Below are positions 1-12,920 of a stretch of 34,817 bases of DNA, piece by piece. This DNA is from Welwitschia mirabilis (Eukaryota), in NCBI GenBank assembly GCA_051453625.1, contig JBOZIK010000001.1:4600071-4634887 (forward strand), given 5' to 3'. Each line of letters opens with the position of its first letter. Within the stretch, counting starts at the first letter, position 1. The notes under the pieces are model-generated. The model was not told the DNA's origin, searched no databases, and saw only the letters and a list, made by a program, of their open reading frames with translations. A program made the position numbers and the translations under genes.

Positions 1-932
1 CAACTTTAAATAGGGGTCAATGTTAAAACATAACATTACAATATAAATAATATATTTGGCTTCACATATCAACAAATCATTCTCTATTCCTTTCCAATTC
101 TCCCAATTTTCAGCCATCTGATCCAAGAGTGTTGCCACAATTTGACCCTAGTCTGATTTCTCATTCTTTGCCTACAAGAGGGCATCTAAGGTATGCATCA
201 GTGAAGGAAAATCACATCTGGCATATCATTATACCTTAGATTCAGATGATTACTCTCTTTGTCGTTTGATTGTGTTTTTCTTTCTACTTGTGAAATACAT
301 AGACGTGTTGTGGATTGTAGAGATAGCAGTGCTAGAAAACTAGTAGCCACACAAGTACATCTAAAACTAGCAGTCGTACAAAAAAGGGTTACATAGGACT
401 ATTAAATACAACATACTGCAGATAAAAAAGGTAAAACAGAAAATGGGTAATGGCAATTACCAACATAATGATGTATTTAGCATCCTCATTAAGAGAACCT
501 AAGACAGCCAATACATTGTATTCATGTCTTCCATTTGCTCATCCAATGTACCTCTCCATGTGAATATATTTCCTTTTGGGCCTAATGTTGTTATAATAAA
601 AGGGTGTTACCCCTTTCTGTATGTCGCCATCGGGTTGAAAGGTTGTAAAGGTCATTTTTCCTATAAGTTTTTTGCTTAATATTTTTTTTTTCACACAAAG
701 GGGAATATTTAGACACTTTTTCAGAGTTTTGCGGCTATCTCATTGCCATGGTATCGAGGGGTTCTTTTGGATCCAGCTGCTGTTGCTAGCCATTCCAGGC
801 CACAGTAAAATCCATAGAAAATTTGTAGATCATTTGTGCTCCTTGGATTGTTTCATGTTTAGTAGTTTGTTTTTGCATACTTGCCAATATTACCTTATTT
901 TTCCACCTATCAACTCTCATATGCACAATGTG

Positions 933-1040
933 AAAATCTTTCAACTCAAACATCAAACAGATTTAGGCACACAAGAAGATGTTCTACAATAAACGAATGG
1001 AACCAGCACAATATAATATTCTTGTATCATCAACATACCC
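933..1040 (-). pseudogene. Possible highly decayed reverse transcriptase fragment
   Basis: GYVDDTRILYC...MFELKDF with two stops. Resembles a YxDD region, but copia vs LINE origin cannot be resolved. Confidence 0.3.
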
Positions 1041-2383
1041 ATAGTAAGACGTTCAGAAGTTTGGATGATGAGATTTAATTCAATATTCAAGAAACAGATA
1101 AATACAGCTATCTCACTCAAACACGCTTGTTAATGAGATTCCATCTTTACAATTTACCTCAATCTGCAATCATACTCTTAACAGTACCTGAATTGGGACT
1201 TTGAGTATGAAAATATCTAGCTAATGTTCCAAGCATGTCAGAAAAAGTTGTTTTTGAAATGTTTCATATCTCATTGTCGATGGTACTTTCACCAACGCAA
1301 TTAATGACCTGATCATTGCTGATTAATCATCTATCAGATGTATTGGGAAAAGAAAAAAGACAGACACCCTCATAAAGAGATGAAACACATTCTGCACATT
1401 TCTAGTTATGATAAGCATCAAACGAGGACAAGGGTAACGACTTCAATCCAAAAGTGCTTGGCATACAGTAGAATATGGCTGAGAAGCACTGATTAATACC
1501 TGAGGCTCTTGCAAATGAATATTTAAAGCAATCTTCAAGGGTCAAGGCTATCCATGGGGCACTGAACCTGACATAGTTGGAGATAACTCTTATCCTCCAT
1601 AAGCCATCTTCATAGTGTATCTATGTATACACACTTTACTATACTGATAAACTGACTATAGTATCCTGACTGCTATGCAAATAATGCTTTTGTTATCAAA
1701 ACGAGCGCAGCACAAAGCAAGATAATCAAATGTGAACAGAAACAAAGGCAAAAGCACACAAAAGAATTAGCAACGTTCAGCCCCTTTCTAGCCTACATCC
1801 TCAAGAAAGAAGTGCAGAGCTCTTATTATCAGACAAACACTTCAGAGAATACAAATGGCTCTGAAGCATGACACACTCACACACCCTCAATGGCTTTAGA
1901 GATATATATAGGGAAGGAGTTCAATTAAAGAATAAAATCGACAATAGCTTCCCCTAACCACCATATTTCCTTATTTGTGATAACCACCAACCCAAAATGA
2001 CTTTATCAGTAATTCCACCTTTTGCTATTCTGATACTCTTTAAAAAACCCCGGAGATGCATTGCTGTAAATATAAACACTCCAAACATTACCTAATGTTT
2101 GTGCTTGTGCACTTGTATGTTTAAGACCAGCATTTTTACCTCGTCTCCCCCTCACCCCTTCATTTTTCCTAATCATGCCAATTTTTTAAACATTCTGTAC
2201 CTGAATCTGATTCATTCAGAGGGATGCTGATTTTAATTTCTAAGGTGACTTCCCATGCAATGACTGCTTCCCAAAAAAATAAGTTATCCATTCACTTGTA
2301 AATAAAACATGCAAATTTCAATCATTAAGTTCCATTACTGAATACAAAATACCTATATTTTGAGAAGGCAAATGATTGTTTAC

Positions 2384-2678
2384 CATAATACTTGGCTGAC
2401 GAGAAGCCTCAAGTGGCCCTGATAAGGAAGCCTCGTAAGGATACTGAGAGCCCATTATTTGTGGCATTAAGCCAACACCTCCATAACTTGGAGCATTTTC
2501 TAGAGGACGATGTTGAGGATGCATCTGTACAATGGGATCTTGTTTTGAAGGATCAGATTGAGAGGCACTAGAAGGAGGACACTCGTCTTTAACAGCTGCA
2601 CTACAAGATAATGTCTGAACTCCATTTACAGATGCCTCTTGTTTCTCACTCGAAGACTCTGAACCATGCTCTGATATC
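2384..2678 (-). CDS. GIP1: GIP1-like exon 7 (gene probably continues beyond the left edge)
   Basis: TTTTGACAG acceptor in phase. Contains PSYGGVGLMPQIMGSQY..YE..EASRQPSIM. Probable donor ATG|GTAAAC. No further exon recognised in 1-2383. Confidence 0.82.
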
Positions 2679-2779
2679 CTGTCAAAATTCAATCATGCTA
2701 CTAAGATAAGAACATCAAGAGTAAACTTATTGTTTCAACTTTCAAGCATGATTATTTAAATTAAATAAATCCTATTGAC

Positions 2780-3173
2780 CTTGAAGAAGGCTCCTCATTT
2801 GATTCATCTGTTCTCTGGGATTCTTCAGATGGAGTAGGACACTTGTCAGAATCTTCTTTGTTGAAATCCTTTTTAACATTAGATCCAAAGTAATCTCCAA
2901 AACTTCCAAAGCTCAGTCCCAAACAAGCAGCTTCAGAAACCTTAAGGTGATTTGGCATTATTAAATCCTGATCAGAATTGAGTTTTAGCTGTTCAAGTTT
3001 ATCCTGAACACCTGTAGTTTTTTCTTCGGAGGTCACAGAATTTGGAAGCCCTGAAGTCGAAATGTTTTGAGTGAAACCTGAGCTATTTGCACTATTACCA
3101 TCAACTCCTGAACTTGGAAAAAAAGCATTCTGATTCGGTGGCTTTCGTTTCCACTCCATATTGTGTCCAATTG
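2780..3173 (-). CDS. GIP1: GIP1-like exon 6
   Basis: TAACAG acceptor continues GSQK into AIGHNMEWKRK. Contains the conserved LIMPNHLKV...LSFGSFG motif. AAG|GTCAAT donor (phase 2). Confidence 0.92.
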
Positions 3174-4161
3174 CTGTTACACATTAAATTGTTTGAATTA
3201 AGAATCAGTCTGACTTGTTTCACACTTGAATAAAGTTGAGCATGAAATGCATAGAGATAAAAAATAAATGATTTCAATGAATCGACTATGCTAAAGCAAT
3301 AATTTGAATAAAGTATTACACAATCTATGGCTATTATTAAGGGGAAAGTCTAAAACGAAAATGAGAATCAAGGGGATAATGTGCATGTGTATTGACAGGA
3401 AAGTTTAAAAACATATTTAAATCAAACCAGAAGTGTGAATATGGTCACCAGGGCTTTTTAACCCAGCAAACTGAAGTTATCATTTAAGATTTCAACATGG
3501 AAAAAGCTTGATAGTCACCTGCCTACCCAACACTGCTATGAATGAACTTTGAATGTGATAGCTGATGCCACAGTGAGACCAGCACAATTTTTGAAAACTT
3601 AAGGGGCATTGTTTCATTTGATAATACCAATTTGGATTTAAAATTAGCCACAGCTTTTTATAAACATTACACAATGATGCAATAAAAATAAAGAGGGATT
3701 AATTGCCAACTTGACAGGGATTGTTTAGTCAATATTTAGAGGAGTTTCATATTAAACATGAAAACAAGGATTGAACAATTTTGACCAAAAAGTGGCATTT
3801 TACAGATAAGATTTAATGCACATAGTCCATACATTTTTCTTTAGGAACCCATAGGAGCATCTACCTTGACGATAACTTTGTTTCTGGGTGGTCTCTTTAA
3901 AACTCCAAAGGAAAAAGGAAATTTTGAAAATTCAAAGCATAGGTTATGGAAGACTGAATAAAACCTTTCTGCTCTGTATATAATTCAGGTACCATCTGTC
4001 TAACACACTGTACATAAGTAAAATTTTCTTTTTCCCTCAACTTCAACAAGAGACGATATTCCTCAGTTGTAAAGCAAACCATGGAGTTTAAGGAGCAGGC
4101 GCATTGAGAGTATCAAAATAGCTGAAGACAATATAGGACAAATCCTAGCACTAAACTTGGT

Positions 4162-4568
4162 GCTCTGATACTGCTGAAGAAAGCTAAAAATAAAACAAAC
4201 AAGCACACAAACAACTTAAGTAGGTTCAGGCCCTTTTCACCCTAGTTTCTCAAACTAGCACAAAGCTCTCTTAGATAAACTAATAAACTAGTAGTCACAA
4301 GGAAAAGAACCCATTCCTCTAGCTCAAGTGACAACCACAGGCAAGACTGCAAATGGCTTCAACCACAGGCACACCCTCACAGAGGAAACCTGCCCTCCTT
4401 TTATAGCTTTAGGTAGCCTTATAATTTGATACAAAGCCTTAAATTAACATGAAACCACACACTCCTTCTTTTTATCTTTTCTTTTCTTTTCTTTTTCTTC
4501 CCTTTTTTTTATAAACTTTAAAAATGGGTCACTTTTAACAAGAAGGGGACAAATAAGGTTTTGCTTCA
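4162..4568 (-). mobile_element. Decayed LTR with adjacent tRNA-iMet PBS remnant
   Basis: GCTCTGATAC (reverse complement of a PBS core) at 4162-4171, next to a TGAAG...CTTCA bounded segment. Minus-strand CTATAAAAG TATA near 4400. Homologous in inverted orientation to about 24770-24870. Confidence 0.55.
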
Positions 4569-6854
4569 ACATAGCTGACACTTTCTCCCATGCTGTGAGC
4601 ATCTCATAGTGGTCTTCTAGATGCTACTAATCTCACTCTTCTCTCCAAACATCCTACTTGCCTCAGTTATCCTACCATTCCATGCCCATCTGGTTTGATG
4701 TTGTCATGCATTTTTGTGTGCTAAAGTGCCTCGAAGTTGTGTTGCTAAGCTTTTACTATCATTTTGACAAATGCCAAGCTTGTCTTCAAGTCTTGCTCCT
4801 TTCTTGACTCGTCCTATGTTCATAATCCCACCCTTCTTCGAATTGTCCTAGCTTCAACCCATCCTACACTCCCAGTGGCCAGCCTCTCCCCTTAGGGCAT
4901 TCATGTTCTTACACATATCTTGGGAGTCTTCATGCTTCAACCCTTAAAGCAATTCTACTATTGCACATGCAATTTTCCTATCCTCCTACAAACTATACTA
5001 CCCCTCTACAACCATCTTAAACTTGGATCAATCCTACTCCTACACATGAAGCTGTTTGCCCTCATGAAAGTCATCGTACTCCTTCCTCTAGGACCATTCT
5101 TCCCCTTCTATGTTGCCATACTACTTCCTCCAAGATTGTTGTATAATTAAAATCGTCCTACCCTTGTCTGGAATCATCCTACACACAAACTCTTCTTGGC
5201 CTCCTTAGGGCAACCTTGCTCCTTGCTTCAAAGCCATCATGCCCTCCTTTGTAGTGTTATGGACCATCTCAGAATAACAATTTCACATCTCAGTAATCAG
5301 AACAGCAATAGTAATAGCTAGATAGTACTTAAAGCATGCTTAGGGTATCTATGTAATTGTTCTAAAGCATAACACATTCATTAATTGGTTTGAACATCTT
5401 TATTTCTGTCCCACTATCATTTTGATTTCCAATCAAATTTTACAGTACAAATCAAGGCTTCTTCATTATGACATCTTAAAAGCCTCCTTAAAAGTTGGGA
5501 CTCAAGAGAAACAGTATGCCCACTTTTTACAATCTTCTATGTTTTGCATGACTGGAAAACAATCAACATATACAAATAGAGGGTTTTCTAAGCACAGAAA
5601 TTGAATCAAGCACTAATGTCTCAGGAAAGGAGTAAAACATCAAGATTACAATGTCAGAACTGCGTCTAAAAAACCTGCATTGAAGATTTAACACACACAG
5701 CATAGCTTGTATATTATACTCTATCACAACAAGGAGCATTTATAACATAAAAGATCATATGTACAAATTCTAAATGCTGTTCTCTCACCACAGTGCTTTT
5801 ACAATTTCGTTTTTTTTTTTTAAATAAGTGTTTTGAAAGGCTTTGCTAGGCTCATTACAACACGAGATTGCAAATCTCTCCCTTTACCGAGAGAGCACAC
5901 TAACAATTCAATAGACATATATTGTCAATACAAACTCTTAGACACGCAACAATTACGCGTTGAAAGACAAGTAAAACATCCAATAAAAAATCTACGATTA
6001 TTTTATAGCGCATCAGGTTTGTAGTATCTACTTGCATTCAATGTTTCCATAAACATTTTTTTTTTCAAAAAACATTTTGTAGCTCATGACAATCAAACAG
6101 CATATTTGACATCAAAACGTTAGGAACACTCATAGATCAAGTTAATCTGCAAAAACGAAGTCAAGAGGGAATAGAAAAATAGAGAAAATGTTGTAGAACA
6201 GGAATGACAAAAAGAAGTCTTTATTCCAGCAGCATAGCAGTACAGCAGTAACAACAGCAACAACCACTACATCAGGGTGTGAACTATTGCTATACATCCA
6301 TTGTTAGGGTTTTACCCTTAATTATTGAGCTCACTTTTACAGGTGGTTAAGTATTTATGCTTATTACTGTTCCTTTGCTAACTAAAGATAAAAAGCCATA
6401 GGACTTCACAAAGCAGGTAGATTCTGAATATAAGGTTTGATATAATTTCTATGACAACTACAGGCACTCTTAATCGTCATGAAGACGACTTCATGCTATC
6501 AGCACACATTACATACTATTACACTTTTTAGGCATTTCAATATGGTATTAATGCCTACTAGAACCTGCTTGTGTGTAGATACTCCATGCGCAGAAGAAGG
6601 GAACGTGCACAGATGCATGGAGAGAGAGTATATAAAACTTAAGAAAAGGTGTAAAATTGCTGATACTAGGAACCATCAACTGTAATACCTCATATAGAAT
6701 TCAAACAATTATGGGACCTGTTGTGGAAGAAAGAGCAAATAGCAATTCAATCAGCAAGAATCAAGGGTATGCATAAGAACTTCCAACAACTCAACATAAC
6801 TTGCTGACTTTGGAGAACAGTTAATCTCACTACAGAAGCACCAGTGCTGTGTTG

Positions 6855-7631
6855 NNNNNNNNNNNNNNNNNNNNNNNNNNNNNNNNNNNNNNNNNNNNNN
6901 NNNNNNNNNNNNNNNNNNNNNNNNNNNNNNNNNNNNNNNNNNNNNNNNNNNNNNNNNNNNNNNNNNNNNNNNNNNNNNNNNNNNNNNNNNNNNNNNNNNN
7001 NNNNNNNNNNNNNNNNNNNNNNNNNNNNNNNNNNNNNNNNNNNNNNNNNNNNNNNNNNNNNNNNNNNNNNNNNNNNNNNNNNNNNNNNNNNNNNNNNNNN
7101 NNNNNNNNNNNNNNNNNNNNNNNNNNNNNNNNNNNNNNNNNNNNNNNNNNNNNNNNNNNNNNNNNNNNNNNNNNNNNNNNNNNNNNNNNNNNNNNNNNNN
7201 NNNNNNNNNNNNNNNNNNNNNNNNNNNNNNNNNNNNNNNNNNNNNNNNNNNNNNNNNNNNNNNNNNNNNNNNNNNNNNNNNNNNNNNNNNNNNNNNNNNN
7301 NNNNNNNNNNNNNNNNNNNNNNNNNNNNNNNNNNNNNNNNNNNNNNNNNNNNNNNNNNNNNNNNNNNNNNNNNNNNNNNNNNNNNNNNNNNNNNNNNNNN
7401 NNNNNNNNNNNNNNNNNNNNNNNNNNNNNNNNNNNNNNNNNNNNNNNNNNNNNNNNNNNNNNNNNNNNNNNNNNNNNNNNNNNNNNNNNNNNNNNNNNNN
7501 NNNNNNNNNNNNNNNNNNNNNNNNNNNNNNNNNNNNNNNNNNNNNNNNNNNNNNNNNNNNNNNNNNNNNNNNNNNNNNNNNNNNNNNNNNNNNNNNNNNN
7601 NNNNNNNNNNNNNNNNNNNNNNNNNNNNNNN
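6855..7631. other. Assembly gap
   Basis: Run of N. Confidence 1.
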
Positions 7632-9782
7632 GCCTGGAAATGGTTTGCCAAGGATCTTAAGGACAAGCCCTATGATTATGAAATCTGGCAAAAATGTGCA
7701 ATTTTCTGTTAGTTTGAGTCATCATTGTACAATTTGCTGAATGTTCTTGTCTGATTCTTCCCTTTTTTAAAATAATCTTACAGTATGGTGCTAAAGTGCG
7801 TCTGAAAGGTTGCAAGAATGGATATCAAAACACTTATATGCCAAAGTTGAATGAGTTGCAAGCTACTCAACGTACTTTTGAACATGAAAAAAGATGCTAT
7901 ATTATAGGTGTGTTTGGAAGGCTTCATTCAAATAAGACAAATCCATGCAGTGATTTTTGAAAATGATCAACAAAATTTACAGAAATGAGTCATCTATCCA
8001 AAAAATAATAAAATAAATCGTAGATGCTGGAAAGAATTTCTAGTTAATAAATTGGCTTTTCTTCTGAACATCTGATACAGCTTGGAGGACATACATCAAA
8101 TTTTAGAAAGCCCTAGTTTTATAGCAAGAAATGATAAGTGAATTCGCTATGAACCAAGTTCAAGAAAAAGAAAGAAGGAAGGAAGTTCTCTTGACCTACC
8201 CTTAGCATCAATTCTTAAAATTAATGTCATCTATTATTTTGAAAAATTTTCTCTAATGATATAGGCAAACAGATATGTTTGAATTCGAGTTCTACACTAA
8301 AAAGGTAGACATAATTTCGAAATTATCACTAAATCTTTGTCACGTGTGATCAAATGAGTTCACTTGCTGAAGAAAATCCTCACAGCCTCAACAGTACCTA
8401 GTCTAAATGATGAAGCATGGCTTGACGGTTTGGATTTTGTAACATTTTTGCAAGGTCTATATTTTGCTGGGGACCCAAATTTCACATTTTCACCCCTTTT
8501 TTGGCACATCTGCGCACTCATTTCAGCAAATCAAAAATGGCTTCAAACCATTTTGGAATGTATTGTAAACAACAAATAGAATCCAGTGAAGTATTCATAA
8601 CTGAAAAACACTTAAAAAACTTGTTAAAACAGTTTGGTCGTCATATATCGTGTGTGTACATTCACAATGTGCTAGCAATAAAAATTAGACATGTCCTTTT
8701 TGCTTGGAAAGTAAAATACATAACTGAACTCTTGTATCTTGTCAATTCTTATTATGTCAATATAATTAAAACTACAAATGAAACCGAGTTGGCGAGTTCA
8801 TAGTTTTCAAAGAAATGATTTAAGTTAGTAACATGTAAAATGTAAGAAATTGTTTGACTAAGTTAAAAAACATTTACATTTTAAGTTTACTAATTTAGTT
8901 TATGTCATTATTATTAAAACATTTAGGTAAAAGAGGAATCGAAATGTTTAGAGTCTTAGGTTTTACCAAAACATTAAAACACGATATCAAAAACTTGAAA
9001 TAGAAAAGGAAAAAACACTTCAGAAAGAAAACAAAATAACTTACCTTTGGTGGTATAATGATTAAAATCTATTTGATATTGGATCTTAACTCAAAGTACT
9101 CCAGGTTGAGGTTTCATGTGACAGAGGTGTGCCACTTCCAGAGATCAATTCATTGGAATGAAGAATGCAGACACAAAAAAACAGATGAAAAAAAAGGGAC
9201 AAAGAAAAAGGAAAGCTCTTTTGTGACTTCAAGTGCCCTCTGTTCAGGCTCCACTGCACACAACAAATGGCAAAATTGTACCATTGTGTGCAATTGTGCC
9301 ATTTTGCAGCCCACTGTGTTGCCACGTAACATTTCATTGCGTGGCAATTTTTTTTTTAAATGCAATTTCCCCTGTTGCATCAAGCTTACATGGGAAAGCC
9401 AAATATTTTGTTGGAAACAAGTCCTGTGTCATTTTGCCAATGTGATGTTGAGGAAGCCTCAAGATGATAAATGCAAAAAGGTTGGCCAATGTCAACTGGA
9501 AGAAGGTGACTAATGTAACTGGAGGTATCTTTAGTCTGAAAGCCATAATTATTATCTATTATCAGATCTCTCAACAGTTCAAGTTTTGCTGAATCAATTT
9601 CACATATGGAAGTTCACAGAAGATTGATGTCCTGTATAGGAGGATATGCCTTGAAACTTACTTGAAAAGGCATCTATTTGGTAGGGCAAGGATGACACAA
9701 TGTAGTTAAAACTCTTAATTAAAAATGCCAACCCACCCTTTCCAAATACTCAAGTAATAGCTCATATCTTGGAAATGTTTAG

Positions 9783-10495
9783 NNNNNNNNNNNNNNNNNN
9801 NNNNNNNNNNNNNNNNNNNNNNNNNNNNNNNNNNNNNNNNNNNNNNNNNNNNNNNNNNNNNNNNNNNNNNNNNNNNNNNNNNNNNNNNNNNNNNNNNNNN
9901 NNNNNNNNNNNNNNNNNNNNNNNNNNNNNNNNNNNNNNNNNNNNNNNNNNNNNNNNNNNNNNNNNNNNNNNNNNNNNNNNNNNNNNNNNNNNNNNNNNNN
10001 NNNNNNNNNNNNNNNNNNNNNNNNNNNNNNNNNNNNNNNNNNNNNNNNNNNNNNNNNNNNNNNNNNNNNNNNNNNNNNNNNNNNNNNNNNNNNNNNNNNN
10101 NNNNNNNNNNNNNNNNNNNNNNNNNNNNNNNNNNNNNNNNNNNNNNNNNNNNNNNNNNNNNNNNNNNNNNNNNNNNNNNNNNNNNNNNNNNNNNNNNNNN
10201 NNNNNNNNNNNNNNNNNNNNNNNNNNNNNNNNNNNNNNNNNNNNNNNNNNNNNNNNNNNNNNNNNNNNNNNNNNNNNNNNNNNNNNNNNNNNNNNNNNNN
10301 NNNNNNNNNNNNNNNNNNNNNNNNNNNNNNNNNNNNNNNNNNNNNNNNNNNNNNNNNNNNNNNNNNNNNNNNNNNNNNNNNNNNNNNNNNNNNNNNNNNN
10401 NNNNNNNNNNNNNNNNNNNNNNNNNNNNNNNNNNNNNNNNNNNNNNNNNNNNNNNNNNNNNNNNNNNNNNNNNNNNNNNNNNNNNNNNNNNNNNN
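9783..10495. other. Assembly gap
   Basis: Run of N. Confidence 1.
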
Positions 10496-11341
10496 GCAGC
10501 ATAGCACCCAAAAATGAGAAATCAGAAAGCAATAGTGGAACAAAAAGCATTGAATGTTTGTTCTTGTAATGGCACATCAAGCATGTCTTTGATTCTTATC
10601 TCTCAGATCCATTGCACTCTCTGCTAGATGGCTGTCCATGGCCTTGTGATCTGATCATAAATTATCAAGCTGAACAAATGTGCTTTTGTCCCTGAAGATA
10701 CATCACTGGTTTGAACTTGTTTCCACATGGTTTCTTTCCTCTTTCTAGGTTATTCGCCTTGATTTTTGTTCCTTACGTCTCTTCATTAGAACTAAAGGTA
10801 TATCATCATATGACATTTAGATGACCAGGCATAAAGGAGAATAACTGTGTACAATGAAGAATCTTGCAACATATTGTTCAAACATACAAATCAATAATAA
10901 GAGATTATTTGACTCCTAAAGATGGCATTCCTATTTCAACGTGACAGAATCATCTTCTTCGTAATAATTCTGACACTCGTATGACACATGAACCTGACAA
11001 TCCTCTTTTTAACATCAGGTCTGTGACAAGGCTAATAAGCACCAAAATAGGAGCAGTGTTGAACAAAGCTTCCACATTACATTCTTCATTTATAACAGAA
11101 TGAAGAAAATTTAAAAATATTATTCTCTTCATTTCTGAATTCCCTTTAATAGTACTGTCGAAGGGTATAACCACTTAACGTTACTTTGCTTCGCCTCTTA
11201 TTAGTATAATCAGTTTTGTAAGTTGTTAATCTTTGCAAGTGACTATTAGTTTTATATACATTTCCTTATTTACTGTGCCTTTCTTCTTTACTGAGTTCTT
11301 TTTGTTAACAGGACATGTTGATGTTGAATGTCTACCAAAAT

Positions 11342-11482
11342 AAACCACTGTGGTACACAAATATTATTAACTTCTCAGTTACACGAGAGGTACTGGATGA
11401 TTGGTCAAAGATGAAGCACAAGTTGTCTGGATATTCATGCAAGGCATATAATTTTACTGATGGAGAATATTCACAGAAGATG
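11342..11482 (+). pseudogene. Possible Ty3/gypsy pol fragment (RNase H-integrase junction)
   Basis: KPLWYTNIINFSVTREVLDDWSK..KL..Y...GE resembles the PWYADIVNFL.TG..P.DW region of non-chromoviral gypsy pol. Confidence 0.45.
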
Positions 11483-12001
11483 TTAATAGATTAATGTCTA
11501 AAGTGTGGCTGAAAGCATATTCAGTAAAGTATCACAAGATTAGCATGAACATGATTGTGTTTTAGAGCTCACTACAAAAGAAATTCAATGAGAATAAAGA
11601 TCACCCTTTTTATGTATTACTAGACATCAAATTCTATACCACCGAGACCGCTTCTAAGGCCATTCCCATAGGCCCCCACCTTCCCTATGGCCAAACAAGC
11701 AGCCTTACCTTCACTCTTATGTGTAAGGCATTATAGTTATAAGAAGAAACATTTATACAGGGTAATTGAGACATTCCCAGAGAAACATTTATATAAACAA
11801 CCACATCAAAAACAAGTGCAGAAAATGCAAGATCTCATTATCAACCTCCCCACAAAAACAATCAGGTGTTGGAGAAATTGGGCTTGAAGTCCACAGAGGA
11901 AATGCTGAGCATATAGTCAAAAATGGATGATGTGCTACGAAGCATTTTAGACCTTACCATGTGGGTTAAAGATGCAGACAGCTAAAACCTAAACAAAACA
12001 T

Positions 12002-12493
12002 TTGCAGAAGTATAAGTTCTCCACATTTAAGGGTCAACCAAGGGAGTACGTTGTGGCACAGCACTAGGTACATCACATGGAAAAGTAACTTGACATACAA
12101 GGGATTTGAGGGCCATACAGCCTCATGTTGGCCTCCATGTACATGAGTTTGCATCCAAACAGATGGTACCAAGAGTTAGCCAAAGACCCCTTCATGCAGT
12201 CAAGCAACTGGAAGGATTTCATGAAAGCTTTCAAATAAAGATCATTCCAGGCTCCTTTATGGGGAATCACTTACTTGCCAGTGTCTAACAAGTTCCAAAC
12301 ACAGCAGAAGAATACTACAAACACTATGTCAAGCACCTCAGGCAATCCCTACCAGTATGGAAATTAAAAAGGTATACAAAGGGCCTTAATCATTTCTTTC
12401 AAATTAAGGTTCAAACACATAAAACAGATGACTTGGAGGAGGCAGCCAGCATTGCACAAGATTATGACAGGATGTTTCAAGAGGAAAGGAAAG
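12002..12493 (+). pseudogene. Ty3/gypsy gag (retrotrans_gag-type) remnant
   Basis: LQKYKFSTFKG..AQH*VHHMEK*LD..LASMYM..RWY..NWKDFMKAFK*R, then KRYTKGLN..LEEAASIAQDYD. Multiple stops. Followed by a PPT-like GGTGGGGGGAG and TGTAG at 12511. Confidence 0.75.
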
Positions 12494-12920
12494 GCATCAG
12501 GTGGGGGGAGTGTAGTCCTCTTAACGCTATTGTCACCAACACGGAGCTAGGCCTATGGACAGTGTAAACATGCATGGAGCACTGGTCGTATTGACTGGAC
12601 TAAGGACACATTAAAAGATAATGACCTAGAAGAAAAGGCTTGATTTAAATTGTAGTTGCAAAATGGAAACCAGAAAAGAATAGCCGCCATGGTTAAACAA
12701 AAAGAAGGCGATAGAGGCAAAGGACAGCAACTAAAAACATATCTAATAGCCTGTCCCTCTGCCCAAACAGAATTTGTGTTGATGATTTTTTAAGGGCCAT
12801 GGATGGCATTCATATACACCTTTGTGCTCATTACTGTAATATTAATGCATGCCCCTGTGCAGATGAATTTTATGTATGCCTCTATGTGGTTAATATTTTA
12901 CTCCCGACTCTCTGCAATTG

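Noticed and set aside
3840..4130. Copia gag remnant (WVPK motif on the minus strand)
   Set aside because: Only four residues match and no zinc knuckle is recognisable.
5791..6130. MITE starting CAGTGCTTTT
   Set aside because: No convincing matching TIR or TSD found.
6227..6275. CAG/CAA-rich stretch as a polyQ exon
   Set aside because: Antisense to the gene, no supporting exon structure, and simple low-complexity sequence.
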